DNA of 35,663 nucleotides from a virus: UHGV virus genome UHGV-0076931; one strand, 5' to 3'. Shown piece by piece: positions 1 to 6,686 of this stretch (position 1 is its first letter; each line of letters starts with the position of its first letter). The notes under the pieces were generated by a model. It saw only the letters and a program-made list of their open reading frames with translations, ran no database searches and was not told where the DNA came from. The position numbers and the translations under genes were made by a program.

Positions 1-24
1 ACCACATTTTCGAGAGGTAGAGTA

Positions 25-50
25 AGCCCGCAACATTGCGGGCTTTGTCT
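25..50. terminator. GC-rich hairpin at the 3' end of the methyltransferase gene
   Basis: 9-bp stem agcccgcaa / ttgcgggct (25-33 / 37-45) with 3-nt loop, followed by a T-rich run on the + strand. Confidence 0.4.
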
Positions 51-841
51 TATGGTTCGATCGCCGTTTTGAGCCGTTGTGTTGCTACATCAAAATAATG
101 ATCACTGGTTTCTATACCAATAAATTTGCGTCCTGCTTTCAGTGCAGCCACACCCGTTGTCCCTGACCCCATAAAAGGATCAAGGACTGTTCCGCCACTA
201 TTCACAGTCCTGACCAGTTCCGCCATTAGTTCTTCTGGTTTTCCGGTCGGGTGCATTTTCTTTGACGGGATAACCGGGAACGTCATGCAGCCGTCGAACG
301 GTCCCGAAGGCGATTTATCTAAATGGCCTTTGCTGCCCCAGACGATGTATTCGCACTGATGCCGGAAATACCCGGTATGTGGTGTTCGTGACCCCCTCCC
401 TTTGTTCCACGCAATAATGCCGCGCCATGTAAAGCCACTGGCCTGAAACGCATCGGTTAAAGCTGGTAGTTGTCGCCAGTCAGTAAATACCAGGGCATAA
501 CCGCCCGGCCTGACTGCGCGGTGTGCCTGTGCCATCCATAATTGTGTCCAGTAAGCCCACGAACGGGCGTCCATGTTTTCACCCGCGAACCCATCAAAGC
601 GGTGAAGGTTCTCGCCGTTCAGATATTTTGCATGGCTGCCCTGGTTGGTGCGTCCGGCCTTGTGTGTCGCCCCCGAACTGTAAGGCGGGTCAGTGATTAA
701 GGCATCAATGCTTTCTGGCTCAATCAGCGGCAATATTTCCAGCGCATTCCCACGACAGAGCATGGCATTGTCAGTCTGATAAACCTTAGTGTGTTCCGGT
801 GTATGTGCTGGTTGGTGCTGGATTGCGATCCCCACGGTCAT
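50..841 (-). CDS. DNA methyltransferase, beta-class (N6-adenine or N4-cytosine)
   Basis: 263-aa ORF with catalytic DPPY motif near the N-terminus and AdoMet-binding FMGSGTT motif near the C-terminus; ATG at 841 preceded by GAGGAG. Confidence 0.85.
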   Translation of the reverse strand: MTVGIAIQHQPAHTPEHTKVYQTDNAMLCRGNALEILPLIEPESIDALITDPPYSSGATHKAGRTNQGSHAKYLNGENLHRFDGFAGENMDARSWAYWTQLWMAQAHRAVRPGGYALVFTDWRQLPALTDAFQASGFTWRGIIAWNKGRGSRTPHTGYFRHQCEYIVWGSKGHLDKSPSGPFDGCMTFPVIPSKKMHPTGKPEELMAELVRTVNSGGTVLDPFMGSGTTGVAALKAGRKFIGIETSDHYFDVATQRLKTAIEP

Positions 842-983
842 AACTCCTCATGTGTGTGGGGTGCTCGATGGCTCTCGTTATCTGGTTAAGTGTTTTGCAG
901 CGCGGACATTTTATTTCAATGTAGTGAAATGAGGCGCGGGCAAGTAGTTTGTTGCAATTTTTGCATCGTACATTTTGCGTCAT
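786..983 (-). CDS. com: Com-like zinc-finger protein (Mu Com family translational regulator)
   Basis: RCKNCNKLL...IEIKCPRCK motif as I recall it from phage Mu Com; 3' end overlaps the methyltransferase start out of frame; start taken at ATG 983 (AAGAGGTG SD), GTG at 992 also possible. Confidence 0.7.
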   Translation of the reverse strand: MTQNVRCKNCNKLLARASFHYIEIKCPRCKTLNQITRAIEHPTHMRSYDRGDRNPAPTSTYTGTH

Positions 984-1097
984 TTGCGGCACCTCTTGTG
1001 TGGTTACTGCTGTCGATATGATAACAAATCGATCGTTTTTATCGATCGGATTTATTGCATCGATCTGTTATGCCTATTGCTTATGGATGGGGATACC

Positions 1098-1129
1098 AAA
1101 AAGAAAACCCGCAGTTTTTACGCTGCGGG
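1098..1129 (-). terminator. Intrinsic terminator for minus-strand transcripts (ogr/hok-like unit)
   Basis: 7-bp GC stem cccgcag / ctgcggg (1108-1114 / 1123-1129) followed on the minus strand by a T-rich run (complement of aaaagaaaa at 1098-1106). Confidence 0.55.
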
Positions 1130-1218
1130 CTTGTTGTTCATGTCTGTGAGATAGGGTGCCTTATCGACCTTACCCTGGCAACCGATTGACGGGGGATTAC
1201 TCCCCCGTCGCGGTTTCC

Positions 1219-1359
1219 TTACTGCTTACACTGTAAGAACGCCGCAAACTCCGCTCCCCAGAAGCTCATCCGTATTTCACACAGCGAACCGTGCAGCATC
1301 CAGATGATGAGGATTACCGTCACGCAGAACGTGATGGCCGTAAGCGATTTTTGCGACAT
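1219..1359 (-). CDS. Hok/Gef family type I toxin-like small membrane protein (46 aa)
   Basis: Hand translation MSQKSLTAITFCVTVILIIWMLHGSLCEIRMSFWGAEFAAFLQCKQ: N-terminal TM helix then SLCEIR and AAF motifs typical of the Hok family; GGAG 9 nt upstream of ATG; not in the supplied ORF track (too short). Confidence 0.55.
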   Translation of the reverse strand: MSQKSLTAITFCVTVILIIWMLHGSLCEIRMSFWGAEFAAFLQCKQ

Positions 1360-1550
1360 AGCGCTTGCTCCTTTGTTGGAGAGGCGCTAACCTATCACTT
1401 GCTTAAGGTAGATATGTTAGGGCCTCGGTTAAACAGAAATGTTTTCCGGGGTCTTTCCACATCTGGCCTTCGGGTATTCCCTCCGACCATCAGCCGAAAG
1501 GCACCCGCGCGTAATCTATCGCGTTTTTGTTGCTCCGGCAATTCTGCCTG

Positions 1551-1811
1551 TTAATTCTGAGGTAAAGGCAAACTCATCTGATTGTTTCCCCTGTGTGAAG
1601 CTGGCAGTTCATGCCACGGGATACCTTCTGAAGAGTGAACGCCGGAGGCGTGTTTTGATGTGAATTTATGGAAAGCTTCCAGTGTTGAGAAGCATACGCC
1701 GCATTCCAGATTGTTACACTGGTAATACTTTTGCCGCACGGTGTTTGAATCATTTTCCGGACGACTGGTGCGGATACGGGCAGATGCGCCACAAAGCGGA
1801 CAACGGAACAT
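1551..1811 (-). CDS. ogr: Ogr/Delta-family zinc-finger late gene transcriptional activator
   Basis: MFRCPLCG...YYQCNNLECGVCF matches the Cys4 pattern and N-terminus of P2 Ogr; AAGGGAGG SD. Confidence 0.85.
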   Translation of the reverse strand: MFRCPLCGASARIRTSRPENDSNTVRQKYYQCNNLECGVCFSTLEAFHKFTSKHASGVHSSEGIPWHELPASHRGNNQMSLPLPQN

Positions 1812-1895
1812 AGCGACCTCCCTTAACGTGGTGCTGCTACCATTCTAAGTTGTCCCAATTCAGATTCCAACTGACAGCCCTCCCTGAGTGAGGAG

Positions 1896-2966
1896 CTATC
1901 TATAGTCTTCCCATGAGTTTTCATCGACACAAAATTCAATACCAGCATCCAGTCCATTTATGTGCAAATTAAACTCATCATTGATAAACTGGCCTTCGTC
2001 TATTTCAAAGAATAATTCTAGTTCTACTGTAAAATCCTTTTCCTCCTCCTCGTGATTAGATACGGTGTCAAAGGTATAAAATTTTCCATCCTCTTTGTCA
2101 TAATAGCCGTTTGCGGTATCAGGTCCGCTGGCAGTGACATTAAAACTAACAGTAACATCAAAAGTAATTTGACAACTTTCGTCATCCAAATGAATTATTT
2201 TGGGTTCAAATTCGCTTATATTCGTAATTTCAAAGCTATCAATCTCTGAGTCTTCCCATGTTGAAGAATTATAAGCTTCAGCAGTTTCTAATTTTTCCGT
2301 TAATTTTTGTATGATTTCTTCATTTTTGCTTTCTAAAAAACGTTCTATAAATCCAGTTCTTTCGTCATTGTGTTTGTTGTAATCATCTAGTAGTAAGTTT
2401 AGTGCTCCTATAATTATGAAATTATCATTGTCTTCACAGTAACCTTTTAGGTCAGGGTCTTCTGAAACCACATAAATTTTTTCATTATCTCCTAGCGCGG
2501 AACGTATTGCTAAAAGAGTGAAGGCGTCTCGAAATTCGTTAGGTTTTTTCGCACTAAAGGGGCTTTTTTTATCAAAGTACATGTCTATAACTTCATTGAG
2601 GTCCACCTTCGACATATCTACAATAGTTGTGTTTGAGTCCTCCATGAAACCATTAAATGCGCTTAATGCCTTTTCTTGAATGTCTGTTTCATTAATTTCA
2701 CAAAATAGATTTTTAATATTGTCATCTTCATATTCTTTGAGGATAACAGCCTTTCGTCGGAAATTGTTAATCCCTTTCAATGCTTCTTGTATATGCTCGA
2801 TGATTTTTCGTTCAACTTCTTTAACTACAATTGTTGTAGAAATATGCCTGAACTCATCATTTCTACATAGTTCTTCAAATGATTTTATAGTTTTTGAGTT
2901 GAAGTCCAGGTTTGCTTTTACAAAAAACTCAGTATCAATGAATACATTGCGGGTAACTAGAGACAT
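1896..2966 (-). CDS. Hypothetical cargo protein with PIN-like N-terminal region (356 aa)
   Basis: Strongly AT-rich ORF in an otherwise GC-richer phage; AAAGGAG SD; N-terminal VFIDTEFF and later VVSEDPDL acidic motifs resemble PIN-type nuclease folds; acidic C-terminal half. Confidence 0.7.
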   Translation of the reverse strand: MSLVTRNVFIDTEFFVKANLDFNSKTIKSFEELCRNDEFRHISTTIVVKEVERKIIEHIQEALKGINNFRRKAVILKEYEDDNIKNLFCEINETDIQEKALSAFNGFMEDSNTTIVDMSKVDLNEVIDMYFDKKSPFSAKKPNEFRDAFTLLAIRSALGDNEKIYVVSEDPDLKGYCEDNDNFIIIGALNLLLDDYNKHNDERTGFIERFLESKNEEIIQKLTEKLETAEAYNSSTWEDSEIDSFEITNISEFEPKIIHLDDESCQITFDVTVSFNVTASGPDTANGYYDKEDGKFYTFDTVSNHEEEEKDFTVELELFFEIDEGQFINDEFNLHINGLDAGIEFCVDENSWEDYR

Positions 2967-3138
2967 TTTCCAACTCCTTTTAATATATTAACCCAAATGA
3001 GGTAACATCATAAAAGATCACATAGTCACTTGTATTGGTATCTTGAGTCAAGAGAATATGATGGCGCTTACAATTTTTGTGACAAGGCTAGATGTCAGAC
3101 TGTTAAGTGCTATAAGCGAGTTAATATATTTAAGTTGC

Positions 3139-4248
3139 TCACTCTGTTTCCGCTATCCATTCCGGGATTTTTGCCTCAAGCTCAAGCTGCGTGGTAAAGC
3201 CGCTGTTATCAATGGTGTGCTCGGCTTTTGCAATAATCCAGTCCTGATTATCAATCTCGCTTTTAAATCCTGTTACCGTGCCATGCATTTCGGGGTAGAG
3301 TTCTGCACGTCCACGTGCCAGCGTGATGGAAAATGATGCGGCTCCGCGTTGTAGCTGCTGCCACTTTGCCGCCGCTGCGCGTCTTGCTGCCTGCTCGTTC
3401 TGATAAGTCTTGCGTAACACAAACACATTGCCTTCCGCACCTTCCATATAATCACCTTCACGGCTGCTGCTTTTCTCCTTTTTGGGTTTTGGCGGTTTAC
3501 GGCGTTTTACGCTGACCTTTTTCTTTTTCCCGTAATTAAGATCAAGCCAGTAGGCGCGTACCCCCGTATACGCCTCGCGGTCAGCAATACGGAACTGATG
3601 GCGATCGCCGCTGCTGCGTGTAATGGCGAACGAGGGCAACGGCTGGCCCTGTGCGTTCACGCCACCACCGGGCATGATGAATAACAGATTGCCGCTTTTT
3701 ACCGTGGTGATTGCGCCCAGCATTTCCGCCATGCGCGTAAGGAAGGACATATCGCTTTCTTCGGTCTGGTCGGCGTGGTCGATTTCGATATCCATCAGCA
3801 TTTCGCTGATTTGCGGTTTCAGACCATACCGATGAGCGATGGCGGATACCACACGCTCAACGGTCACATCATGCCAGGACACCTCACGTTTAACGTTAAA
3901 TTCATCCCGAAAATCTGCGCTTCTGGCTGAAACAGTCAGCCTGTCCGGCGGTCCTTCGTGAGCGATTTCATCAACAATGTAAGTGCCTTTTTCTGTCAGC
4001 GGTTCCCCTTTCCAGCCAATGAGAACCGTCAGACGCGCGCCCCGTGGCGGTAGCTGCAACTGGCCATCGGCATCATCCAGCGTGATGGTGAGCTGGTCCG
4101 CCTCAAATCCCCGGTTGTCGGTCAGTGACAGGCTCATCAGGCGTTCTGCCACGCCGGACAGCGTTTTACCCTCGGCGAGAATATCAAAATCCGGCATTTT
4201 CACGGGGTTTGTGCCCTGACTGAGCAATTGCATGGTGGTGTCGGTCAT
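3139..4248 (-). CDS. D: Tail protein D (late control gene D family)
   Basis: Resembles P2 gpD as recalled; start placed at ATG 4248 preceded by GGGAGGGAG; internal basic KKKKVSVKRRKPPKPKK stretch. Confidence 0.8.
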   Translation of the reverse strand: MTDTTMQLLSQGTNPVKMPDFDILAEGKTLSGVAERLMSLSLTDNRGFEADQLTITLDDADGQLQLPPRGARLTVLIGWKGEPLTEKGTYIVDEIAHEGPPDRLTVSARSADFRDEFNVKREVSWHDVTVERVVSAIAHRYGLKPQISEMLMDIEIDHADQTEESDMSFLTRMAEMLGAITTVKSGNLLFIMPGGGVNAQGQPLPSFAITRSSGDRHQFRIADREAYTGVRAYWLDLNYGKKKKVSVKRRKPPKPKKEKSSSREGDYMEGAEGNVFVLRKTYQNEQAARRAAAAKWQQLQRGAASFSITLARGRAELYPEMHGTVTGFKSEIDNQDWIIAKAEHTIDNSGFTTQLELEAKIPEWIAETE

Positions 4249-4304
4249 CTGCTCCCTCCCTGTGTGGCATGGTCGCATGTGCGTGCGGAGGGGGTTACTG
4301 CTTT

Positions 4305-4328
4305 TTGTTGTCGCCGTGGCGGGAGAAC
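4305..4328. promoter_or_regulatory. Candidate late-promoter activator site between divergent D and FI
   Basis: ttgttgt-N12-agaac; the same motif recurs between divergent O and P at 21228-21251. Confidence 0.4.
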
Positions 4329-4405
4329 GGCGCAGGGGTGAGATTACGCGCGTGGTGGGTGATGATTGTTGCCGAATCATTTAACGGATACAAGGGGCTG
4401 AAGCT

Positions 4406-5590
4406 ATGAGTGAAACTCGTTTTCATGGTGCCCGTGTTACGGAAAATACCGACCTGGTAACAGCGATTAACGATGTTGATTCCAGCGTTATCGGTATCGT
4501 GGCAACGGCGGATGATGCGGACGCGAAGCTGTTCCCGCTGAACAAGCCCACACTGCTGACCCGCGTCAATGACGTGCTGGGAAAATGCGGAACAACGGGG
4601 ACGCTTTATCGTGCGCTTAAGGCCATCGCAGACCAGGTGAGCACAAAGGTGATCGTCGTTCGCGTGGCTGAACACAAAGAAGAAGACGAAAAGACGCAGG
4701 ATCAACTGGTTATCGGTGGTTCTGAGGATGACGGCAGCTATACGGGGATGTATGCGCTGCTTGTTGCAGAGCAGGATGAAAGCATCGGATACCGTCCGCG
4801 TATTCTGGCCGCGCCGGAGCTGGACACGGAGGCGGTGACAAAATCCCTGTGCGTGATTGCGGGTAAACTGCGCGCATTTGTGTATGCCTCATGTCACGGC
4901 TGTAACACGATGGCTGAAGCGATTACCTACCGCCAGAAATTCAACGAACGTGAAGTGATGCTCTTATGGCCGGACTTCATCGCCTACAACCCGAAAAGTG
5001 GCGAAAACGAAACGTTCCCCGCGCCTGCTTATGCGTGCGGCCTTCGTGCGTACATTGACCATGAGCAGGGCTGGCACAAATCGCTGTCCAACGTTCCGGT
5101 TAAAAATGTGCTGGGGATGTCGAGGCATGTGTTCTGGTCGTTGCAGGCCGAAGACAGCGATGCCAACAGCCTCAACAACAAAGAAATCACGACCATTATT
5201 CGTCGCAACGGGTTCCGCTTCTGGGGCAACCGCACACCGGAAACGAACGCCTACATTTTTGAGGTGTATACCCGAACCGCACAGGTGCTGGCTGATTCAA
5301 TTGCGGAAGCGCAGTTTGAAACCATCGACAGTCCACTGACGCCTGCGAACGTGAAGGATGTTATCAGTGCCATCAGGGCAAAACTGGATTCACTGGTGAC
5401 TGCCGGGAAACTGATTGGCGCGGAGTGCTGGTATGACGTGGTGGATAACAGCACCACGGATTTACGTCAGGGGCGTGTGCGTATTCGCTACAAATATACG
5501 CCCGTTCCGCCACTGGAAGACATGGAGCTTTACCAGACGTTTACTGATGAATACTTTGAACCCGCATTTGCGGTGCTGGGAGGTGCCTGA
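4406..5590 (+). CDS. FI: Contractile tail sheath protein
   Basis: 394 aa; conserved blocks FPLNKP, LRAF, MLLWPDF, HEQGWHKSLSNV, FRFWGNRT, YTRTAQV as in P2 gpFI. Confidence 0.93.
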   Translation: MSETRFHGARVTENTDLVTAINDVDSSVIGIVATADDADAKLFPLNKPTLLTRVNDVLGKCGTTGTLYRALKAIADQVSTKVIVVRVAEHKEEDEKTQDQLVIGGSEDDGSYTGMYALLVAEQDESIGYRPRILAAPELDTEAVTKSLCVIAGKLRAFVYASCHGCNTMAEAITYRQKFNEREVMLLWPDFIAYNPKSGENETFPAPAYACGLRAYIDHEQGWHKSLSNVPVKNVLGMSRHVFWSLQAEDSDANSLNNKEITTIIRRNGFRFWGNRTPETNAYIFEVYTRTAQVLADSIAEAQFETIDSPLTPANVKDVISAIRAKLDSLVTAGKLIGAECWYDVVDNSTTDLRQGRVRIRYKYTPVPPLEDMELYQTFTDEYFEPAFAVLGGA

Positions 5591-6102
5591 TGGCTGTGCC
5601 AAAACATCTTCGCTTTTTTACGCTGTTTGTGGATGGTGAAAACGAAGTGGGTAAGGTGACGTCCGTCACTTTGCCTAAGCTGACGCGCAAAACCGACAGC
5701 TACCGGGGTGGTGGCATGATGGGGGCGGTAAGTATTGATCTCGGTCTGGACGACTCCGCGCTTGATGCGAGCTTTGTCATGGGGGGCGCAGTTCGTGAGC
5801 TGTTCCTTAAGTATGGCGGCACGATTGACGGCACGCTGCTGCGTTTTGCGGGTGAATACTACACCGATGCAGAAAGCGACCTGTATGAAGTCGAAATGCG
5901 CGGACGTGTGACGGAAATTGATATGGGGGAAGCCAAACAGGGCGAAGCCACATCACACACTTACGCCATTAAAAACACCTACTACAAGCTGAGTGTTAAC
6001 GATCGTCCGTTGTGGGAGATTGACCTGCTGAACTTCATTTACCGGAAGGACGGCAAGGACATTGTGCCCGATCGCATCCGTTCCGCGCTTGGGCTTGGCT
6101 GA
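5590..6102 (+). CDS. FII: Tail tube protein
   Basis: 170 aa immediately after the sheath gene with overlapping stop/start; size and position match P2 gpFII. Confidence 0.88.
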   Translation: MAVPKHLRFFTLFVDGENEVGKVTSVTLPKLTRKTDSYRGGGMMGAVSIDLGLDDSALDASFVMGGAVRELFLKYGGTIDGTLLRFAGEYYTDAESDLYEVEMRGRVTEIDMGEAKQGEATSHTYAIKNTYYKLSVNDRPLWEIDLLNFIYRKDGKDIVPDRIRSALGLG

Positions 6103-6156
6103 TAAGTAATATGCAGGCGGCGCAGTGCGTCGCCTCTGACTGAAAGGAGTTTCCTG

Positions 6157-6522
6157 ATGAAAGAGACGAAAAACATCGATACCGAAAACACGGTAGTTGC
6201 TGACACTGTGAAAGAAACCAGTGAGCGTGGCGTAAAACTTACCCAACCCATTGAGCGAGGCGGCGAAAAAATCACGTATGTGGAGATCACCGGGGCTATT
6301 GAGCAGGCTGGATCTCTGCGAGATTTGTCGCTGTCTGATGTGCTGAATCTGAAAGCGGAATCCATGTTTACGCTGCTGTCACGCGTGACATCACCGCGAC
6401 TGGATGAAGTGACGATCAAAAAAATGGCATCCCGTGACTTTATTCAGTTATGTGTGGTTGCCGTAAATTTTTTGAGCGGTGCGGACTCTGGCGGGAAGAA
6501 CGAACAGGCGACGGAAGCCTGA
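6157..6522 (+). CDS. E: Tail assembly chaperone E (zero-frame product)
   Basis: AAAGGAG SD; position between tube and tape-measure genes; contains slippery T6G run at 6468-6474. Confidence 0.8.
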   Translation: MKETKNIDTENTVVADTVKETSERGVKLTQPIERGGEKITYVEITGAIEQAGSLRDLSLSDVLNLKAESMFTLLSRVTSPRLDEVTIKKMASRDFIQLCVVAVNFLSGADSGGKNEQATEA

Positions 6523-6686
6523 TCACGGTTGTGTGCTTTGAGCACATAGAAGACTTTGTGGCAGATATTGCCGTTATTTTTAACTGGTCGCCCGCCGAAA
6601 TCTTCATGATGACGCCCGGCGAAGTGGTTAGCTGGCGTGAGCGGGCGGCACTTCGCAGCGGGAATGCAGACAATGAAGACTCTTGA
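6157..6686 (+). CDS. E': E+E' fusion chaperone produced by -1 programmed frameshift at TTTTTTG (6468-6474)
   Basis: The -1 frame after the slippery heptamer stays open to 6686 and overlaps the start of T, as in the P2 FETUD operon. Confidence 0.65.

Noticed and set aside
1291-1554. 87-aa plus-strand ORF
   Set aside because: Antisense to the Hok-like ORF and its leader; the minus-strand reading gives a recognisable toxin-family protein
6115-6135. Hairpin between FII and E as a terminator
   Set aside because: GC-rich stem is present but there is no following T-run, and E must be co-transcribed with FI/FII; at most an mRNA structural element
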